Assembly: GCA_963841435.1 (NCBI GenBank)
Contig: CAWJCS010000005.1
Location: 1,568,001 to 1,632,000, forward strand
From: an uncultured delta proteobacterium
GTDB lineage: Bacteria > Myxococcota_A > Polyangia > Polyangiales > Polyangiaceae
Direction of reading: 5' to 3'
Length of the DNA: 64,000 nt
Under the pieces are notes generated by a model that did no database searches, had not been told where the DNA came from, and saw nothing but the letters and a program-made list of their open reading frames with translations. This document shows positions 30,792 to 40,297 of this stretch, piece by piece; the first letter of the stretch is position 1; every line of letters starts with the position of its first letter. A program made the position numbers and the translations under genes.

Positions 30792-31403
30792 TCAGCGCGG
30801 GCGGCGCGCCGCGAGCCGCCTCAAGCGGTCGATGACCGTCGCGAGGACGTGCTCCTGCTCGATCGGCGCGAGAAATTCGCGGTACGCGTCGAGCCGTTGC
30901 CTCACGCGCTCGCCGGCCTCGGTGTCCGCTTCGAAGCAGGCGGCGTCGGCGTCGCTCACGTCGAAGTTGATGGCGCCGCGGCAACGCGCGGTGCCGCAAC
31001 GGCAAGGATCGCGCTCGGGCTGGTTCTCCGTCACCCATCCGTAGAAGATCGTGATCTCCTGGCCCGGTGCGATCCGCCGCCGGCACTGAATCCGCCCGTC
31101 GCCGCTCGCGTAAAGATCCGCGTTCGGATCACAGCTGTGGTTGCACAACCAGCCACCGGGCATCTCGGTGTCGGGCACGAGCACGCTGCCGTCGTTCGTC
31201 AGCAGGGTGAGCTTGGTCGCCGAAAGCGCCGCCGCCTCGGGATCACTGCGGTCGAGGCGCCGGAGCTTCGGCGCGTAGGGCACGATCGTCTCGCCGCGCT
31301 CGAAAACGCGCCGTGCGAACACGCCGCGCCCCTCGATGCCGCTATGCTCGTAGACCACGGGTGCGAGAGTCCACTTCGAGCGCGTCCTTTCCCGCTTCGG
31401 CAT
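30792..31403 (-). CDS. SET-domain protein with post-SET zinc motif
   Basis: SGIEGRGVFA, NHSCDPN, GQEITIFY, CRCGTARCRG. Confidence 0.9.
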   Translation of the reverse strand: MPKRERTRSKWTLAPVVYEHSGIEGRGVFARRVFERGETIVPYAPKLRRLDRSDPEAAALSATKLTLLTNDGSVLVPDTEMPGGWLCNHSCDPNADLYASGDGRIQCRRRIAPGQEITIFYGWVTENQPERDPCRCGTARCRGAINFDVSDADAACFEADTEAGERVRQRLDAYREFLAPIEQEHVLATVIDRLRRLAARRPR

Positions 31404-31452
31404 GCGCCCCAGGCTAAGGCGGCCCGACCCTGCGCGCGAGCGCTCGCTCTGC

Positions 31453-32742
31453 TCAGAACGAGCAGGTGTTGCCGCAGCTACCGCTCGGCGTCGCGCCCGT
31501 CATGGCCTGGTAGTGGGCGGTGATCTCGGCCTGGCTCAAGAGAAAATCGTAGAACGCGACTTTCGCGACCATACCGGGGAACCACGCGTCGCCCGCCATC
31601 GTCCCCACGTTGACCGGGCTGTCGTTCGCCTGCGGAACCACGCTGTACTGGCTCATGCAGCCGGTCTGGCCGTGGCTCCCATGATCCCACTTCACGCCGT
31701 TCACCCAAATCTCGATCGAGCCCGGATAGCTGCTCGCGTTCTGGCAATCGGACGGCTCGCTCTCGAGCGTGTACTCGCCCACGACGTGATAAAACGCATC
31801 GGCTTCGAGCAAGCCGCACGTCGGCTGCCAATCCGCCGCCGAGCCGAGCCCCGCGCTCGGATTGAAGACGTAGGCGGAGATGCGATTGCAGCGACTCTCC
31901 GGGTTGGTCGTCTTGTACATGCGTGCTTCCCACTCGCAGGTCGGTGAGTAGCTTTCGCACTTGCCCATCCAGTCAACGTATCCGTTGCTGTCGTTCGGAA
32001 ACTCGAGCTCGGTCGGGGAAATCCAGGCCTCCCACGTGAAGTTTTTGGCGGTCGGAATCGAGAACGACGCGTGCGAAGGGATCGTGAGGTACTGCGACGA
32101 GCCGTCGAACACGGCGCCGGAGTCGCCGTTCGGCAGGCTGCCCGTCGCCGGCGTGCCACCGCGGTAGCTGCCGTCGTGGCCGTGGCCGCTGAGATCCGCC
32201 TCGGTGCCCGAGGTGGCGACCATGGGCCAGTAGCCGACCGGTGCCAGACTGAGCACGAGCGCGTCGTACGAGCCGCTGCTGCCCGACCGGCGCCAGCTGC
32301 TGCCCGCCGAGCCGCCGCTGCCCGCGGCGCCACTGCTGCCCGCGGCGCCGGCATCGACGCCCGCCGAGCCACCGCTGCCCGCTTCAGCGCCACCCGAGCC
32401 GCCGTTTGCTCCGCCGCTGCCCCCGGCGCCGCTGCCCGCAGCACCTGCCGAGCCGCCGCTGCCGGCGCCGTTGCCCGCGGCGCCGCCCCCGCCCGAGCCG
32501 GCGGCGCTCGAGCCGCCCGTCGCACCGGCTGCGCCGCCCGTCGCACCGGCTGCGCCGCCCGTCGCACCGGCTGCGCCGCCCGTGCTCGTCCCGGCAGCCC
32601 CACCGCTCGTCGCCGTGCCTCCGCTCCCCGAACCGCCCGTCTTGGTCGGGGGTCCGCTGTCGTCTCCGGAGCCGCAGCCGGCGGTGGTGCCGAGCGCGAA
32701 GATCGCGAGAAGTCCTCTCGTCCGGGCCCTTTTCGCGAGCAT
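31453..32742 (-). CDS. Lipoprotein with Gly-rich linker and LamG/concanavalin-A-like domain
   Basis: TAGC lipobox; PVGYWPM, FDGSSQY, FTWEAWI, YHVVG, VAFYDFLLSQAEITAHY; start approximate. Confidence 0.8.
   Translation of the reverse strand: MLAKRARTRGLLAIFALGTTAGCGSGDDSGPPTKTGGSGSGGTATSGGAAGTSTGGAAGATGGAAGATGGAAGATGGSSAAGSGGGGAAGNGAGSGGSAGAAGSGAGGSGGANGGSGGAEAGSGGSAGVDAGAAGSSGAAGSGGSAGSSWRRSGSSGSYDALVLSLAPVGYWPMVATSGTEADLSGHGHDGSYRGGTPATGSLPNGDSGAVFDGSSQYLTIPSHASFSIPTAKNFTWEAWISPTELEFPNDSNGYVDWMGKCESYSPTCEWEARMYKTTNPESRCNRISAYVFNPSAGLGSAADWQPTCGLLEADAFYHVVGEYTLESEPSDCQNASSYPGSIEIWVNGVKWDHGSHGQTGCMSQYSVVPQANDSPVNVGTMAGDAWFPGMVAKVAFYDFLLSQAEITAHYQAMTGATPSGSCGNTCSF
32512..32583. repeat. 21-bp coding tandem repeat, about 3.4 copies (TGGAAGA units)
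   Basis: GCCGCCCGTCGCACCGGCTGC repeated exactly three times plus a partial copy. Confidence 0.9.
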
Positions 32743-32807
32743 CACCAAGTGGAGAACCCCAGGCTCGCCGCGACGGCTCACGCCCAGGCCAAGGCCGCGC
32801 GGCGCAG

Positions 32808-34469
32808 CTACGGCATGTAGAAGTAGCGGCCCATCGAAATGGCGTAGCTACCACTCGTGTGGCGCGGCCCCTCGGGACTGTCGCCTTCGGCGTAGCCGAA
32901 CTCGTCGGCGAAGCCCTCGGGTCCCGTGGCCTCGTCCACGGTTTGCGCGTCGCCGTGGGTCTCGACGCGCCACGTGACGTCGTCGCCGGGGCGCAGCGCG
33001 AAGCCGTTCTTGAACGTCGGCATCGTGACTTGCTTGCGCGTCGTCACGATGTAGACGCCCTCGTACCAGTTGTTGCTGATGGCAAACCAGACGTACGTCT
33101 TCGCGCTCCCGCTCCAACTGAAGGTGCTGTTCGCGCCGAGCGTCACGCCGTTGGCCGGCGCCGATTGCGTGGGCGGGGTGGGGATGTCGAGGTCGGCGCT
33201 GGTCTGCCCGCTCGTGAGACCGTCAACGTGTGCGACGGCGGCGGAGCCGAAGTACGCCGTGCCCTCCTGGGCAGCCACCGTGATGGTCGCCATCGGCAAG
33301 CTCGGCACCGTGTAGGCGTAATCCGTGAGCAGGCTCGAGCCGTAGTGCTCCACGACACGGATGTCGGCGCCCGTCGAGAAGCGCACCCAGACTCCGTTGG
33401 TGCGGTCGTCGGTCGTGGTGCTCGTGACGGTGCCGCCGACCGAGAAGGATGCGACCGTGTTCGGCGTGAAATCGAGCGTCACGCTTGCCGTGCCGCTGCC
33501 GTCGGTGAGCGCCACGGGCGCTGCCAAAGCGGAGTACGCCGTGTATTGGGTGGGAAGGCTGTTCGTCTCGAGCCAGGCGAGCGCGTGACCGCTCATGGTG
33601 ATGGTGCCCGGCCCGTACCAGGAATGCGACGTTTGGACCGCGCCCCCTTCGCGGCTCCAATTGCTGTACTCGCCGCCCAGCGCGCCCACGATCACCTCGT
33701 TGGAGGCGCCGCTCGCGTTCGTCGGCGTGTATTGGAGGTTGCCGTCGCGGAGGGTGAGGCCTTCGTACACCTCCAGCGTGGGATCACGGCGTGTGAGGCC
33801 CTCGTACACCCAGCCGTATTGCGGGCCGTCGTTGCCGTAGCGCCGGAAGGTGACGACGAGCTCGGCGTCATAGGTGTCCGGCACGTCGGCCATCGTGAAG
33901 TCGCCGTTGGTGTCGGTGTCGGCGTACTGGTCGCCAATCGTCACCGTGACGTTCGGGATCGGCTGCAGCCAGTGGTTGACGACGCGGCCGTGCACGGTGC
34001 CGTCCGTGCCGCCCGAGCCGGCGGTACCGGAGGACCCGCTCGAGCCGCTGGACCCACTCGAGCCGCTCGCCCCACCGGCGCCACTATTGCCACCGCCGCC
34101 GCTCGTGCCTCCCGTCATGTCCTGACCCGCTTCGCCGCCCTCGCCGCCTCCGCCCGTCGAGCCGCCGGTCGTGCCCGCGCTCCCGCCGCTCGAGCCGCCC
34201 TTGCCGCCCGCCGCTCCGCTTCCGCCCGTTGCGCCCGAGCTGCCGCCGACACCGCTTCCGCTCGAGCCGCCCTTGCCACCCGCCGCTCCGCTTCCGCCCT
34301 GGCCACCGGTCCCCGCCCCGGTCTCGGGATCCGGGTGTAGCTCCTCGACACCGAGCAGCGACGTGCAGGCGACGGCGACGGCCGCAACGGGGAGAATTGC
34401 GCGCGGCACGAGCCAGCGCACCCAGCGCCCGGTCGATGCCCCATCCCCCTTCGACTTGTTCGACGTCAT
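32808..34469 (-). CDS. Lipoprotein with Gly-rich linker and carboxypeptidase-regulatory-like beta-sandwich domains
   Basis: AVAC lipobox followed by TSLLGVEEL; TVHGRVVN...IPNVTVTIG...TDTNGDFTM. Confidence 0.75.
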   Translation of the reverse strand: MTSNKSKGDGASTGRWVRWLVPRAILPVAAVAVACTSLLGVEELHPDPETGAGTGGQGGSGAAGGKGGSSGSGVGGSSGATGGSGAAGGKGGSSGGSAGTTGGSTGGGGEGGEAGQDMTGGTSGGGGNSGAGGASGSSGSSGSSGSSGTAGSGGTDGTVHGRVVNHWLQPIPNVTVTIGDQYADTDTNGDFTMADVPDTYDAELVVTFRRYGNDGPQYGWVYEGLTRRDPTLEVYEGLTLRDGNLQYTPTNASGASNEVIVGALGGEYSNWSREGGAVQTSHSWYGPGTITMSGHALAWLETNSLPTQYTAYSALAAPVALTDGSGTASVTLDFTPNTVASFSVGGTVTSTTTDDRTNGVWVRFSTGADIRVVEHYGSSLLTDYAYTVPSLPMATITVAAQEGTAYFGSAAVAHVDGLTSGQTSADLDIPTPPTQSAPANGVTLGANSTFSWSGSAKTYVWFAISNNWYEGVYIVTTRKQVTMPTFKNGFALRPGDDVTWRVETHGDAQTVDEATGPEGFADEFGYAEGDSPEGPRHTSGSYAISMGRYFYMP

Positions 34470-34471
34470 TT

Positions 34472-35443
34472 TTAGAAGCTCCCGTTCAAGCTAACGCTGC
34501 TCGGACCGATCCCCACCGCGACCGACTCCTTCTTCGACGAGCCGGCCGTGAAGTAAAGGACGGCGCCGCCCGCGAGCCCGACGCCGCCGACGATGAAGCC
34601 GATCGTCGAAATGGTGGCCTGGCTCTTCGCGTCCTTCTGCAAGCTCGTGCCCTCGTCGCCGCAGTCGTACGGATACGAGCGGCAATGCGACTTGGCGTCG
34701 GACCACGTCGAAGAGGCTTTGAGGCCGAAAAAGCTGCCGAGACCGATCCCGACGACGCCGATCCCACCGGCGACGATACCGAGCACGCGCTGCGTCGAGC
34801 CGCTGTCGCTCGTCGTCGCGGGCGTGGTCTCGCCGCCTGCGGCCGGGGGCGCCGGCGTCGAGCCGGAGGCGTCGGTCAGCACGGGGATCTCGACGGCCTT
34901 CGTCGACGAGCCCTCTCCGATCTCCACGCTGAGGCTCCACGGCTCCTTGCCGGGGGCGCTCACTTCGATCACGTGCTTGCCGGGATCGACCGGAATGGCG
35001 ACCGCGAGCTCTGCAGCGCTGACGACCTCGCCGTCGCGAGTGATGGTCATGTCGGAAGCATCGCCCGCGCCGGGCTTCAGGTTGATGGCAAGCTTGGAGA
35101 TCTTCGGCTCGAGCTCGCGGCTCTTCTGCTCGGCCAGGTCCTCGCGCTCCTTCGCGCCTGCCTGGCGCGCGAGCGAGACGATCTCGCGGTACTGCGCCCA
35201 GGCGCTCGCGGTGCGCCCGAGCCGCTCGTAACACTCGGCGATGTTGAGCAGCGTTCCGAGCCCCGGGTCGAGGTTTTGGCTCGCCTTGAGCTTGGCGACC
35301 GCCTCGTCGTAGCGACCCGAGGACATCAGGCTCCGGCCCTCGTTGAAAAGTGCCTCCGCCGCCGCCTTGTTGGACTCCGAAGCCAACGAGACGGCCGGAG
35401 CGCTGCACACACCCATCGCCAACACCAACGCGAGCCACCGCAT
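34472..35443 (-). CDS. TPR/PEGA-like exported protein with C-terminal hydrophobic helices
   Basis: AEALFNEGRSLM...TLLNIAECYERLG (TPR), VDPGKHVIEVSAPGK (PEGA-like), ends SLNGSF. Confidence 0.8.
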   Translation of the reverse strand: MRWLALVLAMGVCSAPAVSLASESNKAAAEALFNEGRSLMSSGRYDEAVAKLKASQNLDPGLGTLLNIAECYERLGRTASAWAQYREIVSLARQAGAKEREDLAEQKSRELEPKISKLAINLKPGAGDASDMTITRDGEVVSAAELAVAIPVDPGKHVIEVSAPGKEPWSLSVEIGEGSSTKAVEIPVLTDASGSTPAPPAAGGETTPATTSDSGSTQRVLGIVAGGIGVVGIGLGSFFGLKASSTWSDAKSHCRSYPYDCGDEGTSLQKDAKSQATISTIGFIVGGVGLAGGAVLYFTAGSSKKESVAVGIGPSSVSLNGSF

Positions 35444-35626
35444 CCGTCAACCGGTACCGCGCCCGCCGCCCGGCGACAACCGGTCGCTCGGCGGACCTCG
35501 ACAATCGCGGCCTTGTCCGCGTGCGTGCGCCGGGTGCCCCGGGTTCGAACGCGCAGCCGGGGCACCACGGGCCCCGCGGACGCGCTCGCGCCCAGGTCGG
35601 CGAACCGCGCTAGTCTCCCGCGCGCC

Positions 35627-36601
35627 GTGACACCCGCGATCTACTGTCGAGCGCTCGTCAAACGCTATGGGGCGGTGGCCGCGGTCGATGGCATCGACCT
35701 CTCCGTCGCCCCCGGTGAATGCTTCGGTCTGCTCGGCCCGAACGGCGCCGGCAAGACGACCACGGTGGAAATGCTGGAGGGCCTCACGCCCAAGGACGCG
35801 GGCGTCGTCGAGCTATTCGGCATCTCGTGGCGAAGCGGGCGCGACCGCGAGATCCGCCAGCGTCTCGGTGTGCAGCTTCAGGACACACAGCTCGCGGATA
35901 AGCTTCGCGTGGAGGAAGTGTTCACGCTGTTTCGCTCGTTCTATCCGCGCGGGCGGCACCCCGACGAGCTCGTCGAGCTCATGGAGCTCGGCCCCGACCG
36001 CAAGAAGTACTATTCGTCGCTGTCGGGTGGCCTCAAGCAACGCGTTGCGCTCGGCTGCGCGCTCGCGGGGGATCCGGAGCTCCTGTTCCTCGACGAGCCG
36101 ACGACGGGGCTCGATCCACGGGCCAGAAAGCTGCTCTGGGGCGTCGTGGACCGCTTTCGGGCAGCGGGTGGCACCGTGCTCATCACGACGCACTACATGG
36201 AAGAGGCCACGGCGCTCTGCGACCGCGTGGCGATCATGGATCACGGCAAGATCATTGCGCTCGGCACGCCGCGCGCGCTCGTCGATGGTCTCGGTCTCGT
36301 GCAATTCGTCGAGTTCGAATCCGCCCGCGCGCTCGACGAGGCCGCGCTCTGCGACCGCGCCGCCGTGCAGCACGTCGAAAGGCGGGGGGATCGCTTTCGG
36401 CTGCAGCTCGACCGCAGCGTCGCGGCCATGACCCGCGTGCTCGACGAGCTCGAGCGCCAAAAGGTCCAACCGATCGGGTTGAGCGCGCACCAGGCGACCC
36501 TCGACGACGTGTTCCTCGCGCTCACGGGCCGTGCTCTCACGACCGAGCAGGCCCAGGGTGCAAAGGACGTTGCGGTTGCGGCCGCCTCGGGGGCGGCGTG
36601 A
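35627..36601 (+). CDS. ABC transporter ATP-binding protein (DrrA-like)
   Basis: GPNGAGKTT, LSGGLKQR, LFLDEPTTGLD, TTHYMEEA. Confidence 0.95.
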   Translation: MTPAIYCRALVKRYGAVAAVDGIDLSVAPGECFGLLGPNGAGKTTTVEMLEGLTPKDAGVVELFGISWRSGRDREIRQRLGVQLQDTQLADKLRVEEVFTLFRSFYPRGRHPDELVELMELGPDRKKYYSSLSGGLKQRVALGCALAGDPELLFLDEPTTGLDPRARKLLWGVVDRFRAAGGTVLITTHYMEEATALCDRVAIMDHGKIIALGTPRALVDGLGLVQFVEFESARALDEAALCDRAAVQHVERRGDRFRLQLDRSVAAMTRVLDELERQKVQPIGLSAHQATLDDVFLALTGRALTTEQAQGAKDVAVAAASGAA

Positions 36602-37644
36602 GCGAGCCGGCGTTTGCTCCGAATCCGCTCGTCGAGCTCACGAAGGTGCGGCTCAGGGAGTTCGTGCGCGAAAAGGGCGTCCTGTTCTGGGTGTTCGCCT
36701 TCCCGCTACTCATGGCCATCGGGCTCGGTGTGGCTTTTCGCGAAAAACCCATAGAGCCGCCGCGCGTCGGCGTCGTCGTCGAAGAAGACGGGCCCGAGGT
36801 CCGCGCGCTGCTCGCGAGCCCCGAGATCCGCGCCGAACGCATGGGTCGCGCCGAGGCGGCCCGCGCGCTGGGCCGCACCAAGATCGATCTGATCGTCGCC
36901 TGGGAGCAGGGTCGTCCCGTGCTTCGCTACGATCCGGCGGCCGACCGAGCGCCACTCGCCCGCGCCCTCACCACCGACGCGCTCGAGCGCCATGCCGGGC
37001 GCAAGGATCGACTGAACGTCGCCGCGCACCCCGTGACACGTCCCGGGACGCGCTACATCGACTTTCTGATTCCCGGTCTGATCGGCATGAACATCATGGG
37101 CACGAGCATGTGGGGGGTGGGCTACAATCTCGTCATCGCGCGCAAGCGGCGCCTGCTCCGCCGCTACGCCGTGACGCCCATGCGTCACGCCCATTTCTTG
37201 CTGTCGTACTTCATCTCGCGCAGCATCTTCCTCGTGGTCGAGCTCGGCGTGCTGGTCACCTTCGGCTGGCTCGCCTTCGGCACGGAGGTGCGCGGCCACC
37301 TCCTGTCGGTGCCGATCGTCGCGCTCTTCGGGGCGTCGGCGTTCGCCGCCGTCAGCCTGATCATCGGCGCGCGCGTCGATACCACCGAAGCCGCGAACGG
37401 CTGGATGAACTTCGTGCAACTGCCGATGTGGGTGCTCTCCGGCGCGTTCTTCTCCTACGAGCGCTTTCCAGCGTTCCTCCAGGAGCCGATCCGCTTGCTG
37501 CCGCTGACCGCGCTCTGTGAGGCCCTGCGCACCGTCTACGCGGGCGAGGGGTCGATCCTCACGCTGGCCGAACCCCTCGGGGTGCTCACGCTGTGGAGCG
37601 TCGTGGGCTACGCCGTCGCCGCGCGCACTTTCCGCTGGCAGTAG
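36598..37644 (+). CDS. ABC-2 type permease
   Basis: YIDFLIPGLIGMNIM, LSGAFF, six TM helices; coupled to the ATPase. Confidence 0.92.
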   Translation: MSEPAFAPNPLVELTKVRLREFVREKGVLFWVFAFPLLMAIGLGVAFREKPIEPPRVGVVVEEDGPEVRALLASPEIRAERMGRAEAARALGRTKIDLIVAWEQGRPVLRYDPAADRAPLARALTTDALERHAGRKDRLNVAAHPVTRPGTRYIDFLIPGLIGMNIMGTSMWGVGYNLVIARKRRLLRRYAVTPMRHAHFLLSYFISRSIFLVVELGVLVTFGWLAFGTEVRGHLLSVPIVALFGASAFAAVSLIIGARVDTTEAANGWMNFVQLPMWVLSGAFFSYERFPAFLQEPIRLLPLTALCEALRTVYAGEGSILTLAEPLGVLTLWSVVGYAVAARTFRWQ

Positions 37645-37645
37645 C

Positions 37646-38815
37646 GTGAACCGCAACGTCGTCTTGCTCGCGGGGCTGCAGGCGCTCTTGCTCGCCAACA
37701 ACGCCACCGCGATCGCACTCAACGCGCTCGCGGGCCGCGCACTGTCGCCCGACAAGTCGCTTGCGACCTTGCCCGTGACCAGTTGGGTGCTCGGCTCGGC
37801 CGTGTCGACGTTCTGGGCGTCGGGCTTGATGCGCCGCATCGGGCGGCGTGCGGGCTTCACGGTGGGCTCGTGGTTCGGGGTCGCAGGTACGGCGCTTTGC
37901 TCGCTTGCCGTGTACCGCGGCGCCTTCTGGCCGTTCGTCGCCGGGACGGCCGTGCTCGGCGTCTACAACGCGTTCGGCCAGTACCACCGCTTCGCCGCCG
38001 CCGACGCCGTCGACGCCCCTTTCCGCGCCCGCGCCATCTCGCACGTGCTCGCCGGGGGCCTTTTGGGCGGGGTGGCCGGACCCGCGCTCAGCCGCGTGAC
38101 GATCCACGCCTTCGCGACGCCATATCTCGGCTCGTACCTGTCTTTGTTCGGCTTTCTCGGTCTCGCTCTCGCCGGCCAGCGCTTGCTCGATCTGCCATCC
38201 GAGCCGCCCGCGTCCCGCGGCGAGGCCGCGCGATCACTCGGTCGTATCGCCACCGAGCCTGCCTTCATGGTGGCGGTGTTGAGCGCCGCCTTCGGCTACG
38301 GCGTGATGAACCTGCTCATGACCGCGACGCCGCTCGCCATGGGCGTCTGCGGCCATCCTTACGACGCAGCGGCGATGGTCATCGCGTCCCACGTCGTGGG
38401 CATGTACGCGCCGTCCTTCTTCACGGGTGATCTCATCCGCCGTTTCGGCGCCATCCCCGTGATGTCGGTCGGCGCCGCGCTCAACATGGCATGCGTCTTC
38501 ATCGCGCTCGCGGGGGTGCGCGTTTCGAACTTCTGGTGGGCGCTCGTCCTGCTCGGCGTCGGCTGGAACCTCCTCTACGTCGGCGCGACGACCCTGCTCA
38601 CGGGCGTCTACCGCCCCGCGGAGAAGGCCAAAGCGCAGGGGCTGAACGATGCCATCATCTTCGCGACGATGGCCGTGTCGTCCTTCTCCTCGGGCGTCAT
38701 TTTCCAGGCGAGCGGCTGGTCGGCGCTGAACCGCGTCGCGGTCCCGTTCGTGCTCGCGATCGCTGCGGCTCTGTGGCTGTTCTCGCGCTTTGCGCGCGCG
38801 CTCGCGCGGGGCTGA
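37646..38815 (+). CDS. MFS transporter
   Basis: MRRIGRRAGF loop, HRFAAAD, HVVGMYAPSFFTG, about 12 TM. Confidence 0.92.
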   Translation: MNRNVVLLAGLQALLLANNATAIALNALAGRALSPDKSLATLPVTSWVLGSAVSTFWASGLMRRIGRRAGFTVGSWFGVAGTALCSLAVYRGAFWPFVAGTAVLGVYNAFGQYHRFAAADAVDAPFRARAISHVLAGGLLGGVAGPALSRVTIHAFATPYLGSYLSLFGFLGLALAGQRLLDLPSEPPASRGEAARSLGRIATEPAFMVAVLSAAFGYGVMNLLMTATPLAMGVCGHPYDAAAMVIASHVVGMYAPSFFTGDLIRRFGAIPVMSVGAALNMACVFIALAGVRVSNFWWALVLLGVGWNLLYVGATTLLTGVYRPAEKAKAQGLNDAIIFATMAVSSFSSGVIFQASGWSALNRVAVPFVLAIAAALWLFSRFARALARG

Positions 38816-38917
38816 AACGACCGAAAGAGGAGGCCTCGCGGCCGGTCGCGACGCCCGTTGGCTCCGGCCGCTTGTGCTTCCGTGCGCCGCCTGCTACGAG
38901 AGCGCCGTTCGCGCTAC

Positions 38918-38996
38918 GGGTCCGCCAACAGCGCAGCTTGAACTCCGCCAGGCCCGGAAGGGAGCAACGGTAGAGAAAAGCGGGTGTGGCGGGCCC
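38918..38996 (+). ncRNA. ffs: Signal recognition particle RNA (4.5S)
   Basis: Conserved domain IV CAGGCCCGGAAGGGAGCAAC with GGAA tetraloop; terminal stem GGGTCCGCCA/TGGCGGGCCC; ends approximate. Confidence 0.92.
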
Positions 38997-39050
38997 ACCA
39001 ATTTCGCGTGACCGTGCGGCGTCTCGTCGCTGCCTTCGCGGAACACGGCA

Positions 39051-39731
39051 CTACGTGCCGAACATCTCGATCACGGCGCCGTTGTGCGAAGCCGGCGCGT
39101 CGAGCGCGAAGTAGACGAGCGTGCGGGCAACGTCGTCCGCCGTCATGCGCGGCGGGAAGCCGCTACCCTCGAGCATGCGCGTCGCCGTCGAGCCGGGCAG
39201 CACGGCGACCACGCTCACGCCGCTTTCCGTGAGCTCGGCGGCGAGGCTCTTGGTGAAGCCGACGAGCGCCCACTTCGACGCGCAGTAGGCCGCGAGGCCG
39301 GCCGTCCCTTGCGTCGAGGAAATGCTGCCCACGTTGACGATGCGGCCGTGTCCGGCGCGGCGCATCGCGGTCACGAGCTCACGGCAGAGCACGAACGGTG
39401 CGCGCAGGTTCACGGCGAGCGTCTCGTCCCACACGTCGTTCTGGGTGGCCTCGACGGCAAGCCGCGGCGCGACGCCCGCGTTGTTGACGAGCACGCTCGG
39501 TGAAAGCGCGGCAACCTCGCGCGCGACGCGCTCGGTGGCGTCCGCGTTTTTGAGATCGCACGCCAGAAGGGAGACCTCGGGTGCGCCTTCGGCGCGGCAG
39601 AGCGCGCCCGTCTCCTCGTGCTCGGCCGAAGGCCGCCCCACGAGCGCGAGCGACAGGCCGCGCCGTGCGAGCCCGAGCGCCGTGGCGCGACCGATGCCAC
39701 GGCTCGCTCCGGTGACGACGCCGAGCGTCAC
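39051..39731 (-). CDS. SDR-family oxidoreductase
   Basis: TGASRGIG, NNAG, YCASK. Confidence 0.93.
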   Translation of the reverse strand: MTLGVVTGASRGIGRATALGLARRGLSLALVGRPSAEHEETGALCRAEGAPEVSLLACDLKNADATERVAREVAALSPSVLVNNAGVAPRLAVEATQNDVWDETLAVNLRAPFVLCRELVTAMRRAGHGRIVNVGSISSTQGTAGLAAYCASKWALVGFTKSLAAELTESGVSVVAVLPGSTATRMLEGSGFPPRMTADDVARTLVYFALDAPASHNGAVIEMFGT

Positions 39732-40297
39732 GCCCCCGTTCCCGCGGTGCGCCCGAGCGCGAGTAGCACCTCGGTGTCGCCGAGCTCGCCCTTGCGAGCG
39801 ATCACCGTGGCCCGCGCGCGCGTTTGGCACGCGCCGCGCGCGCTCAAGCAGCCGTGGGCGAGCGTCAGCTCGACGTAGGCCCCGCGCGCGCCGGCGCGCT
39901 CCATCAAGGCGCGCACCGTGTCCTCTGCGATCGTTTCCTCGAGCGCCAGGCGTCGTGCACAGGCGTCGACGAGCCGCGCGATCGTGCCGAGGCCGAGCAG
40001 GCGGGCGCCGGGCCGGTACACGACTGCGGCCGTGCCGACACCGGGCATCAGGTGATGCGGGCAGACCGTCGCCACGTCGATTCCCGTGAGCGCGACGATC
40101 GCCGCGCCAGGCGACGCCGGGCTCGAGCCCTCGGCGATCAGCTGGTCGAGATCGACGGCGTAGCCGCGCAGGAGCTCCTCGCCGAAGGCCGAAACCACGC
40201 GCGTCGGGGTCTCGCGAAGCTCGGGGTCCTTCGCGGGGTCGTGACCGAGCGCGCGCAAGAACTCGGCGATCGCCGCTTCGGCGCGAGCGCGATCCAT
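39728..40297 (-). CDS. folE: GTP cyclohydrolase I
   Basis: ETPTRV, CPHHLMP, ARRLALEE, HGCLSARG. Confidence 0.88.
   Translation of the reverse strand: MDRARAEAAIAEFLRALGHDPAKDPELRETPTRVVSAFGEELLRGYAVDLDQLIAEGSSPASPGAAIVALTGIDVATVCPHHLMPGVGTAAVVYRPGARLLGLGTIARLVDACARRLALEETIAEDTVRALMERAGARGAYVELTLAHGCLSARGACQTRARATVIARKGELGDTEVLLALGRTAGTGA

Noticed and set aside
32281-32295. Out-of-pattern WRRS inside a Gly/Ser linker
   Set aside because: Explained by three extra bases restoring frame relative to a GAAG unit; fits insertion-type sequence noise like the two frameshifts.
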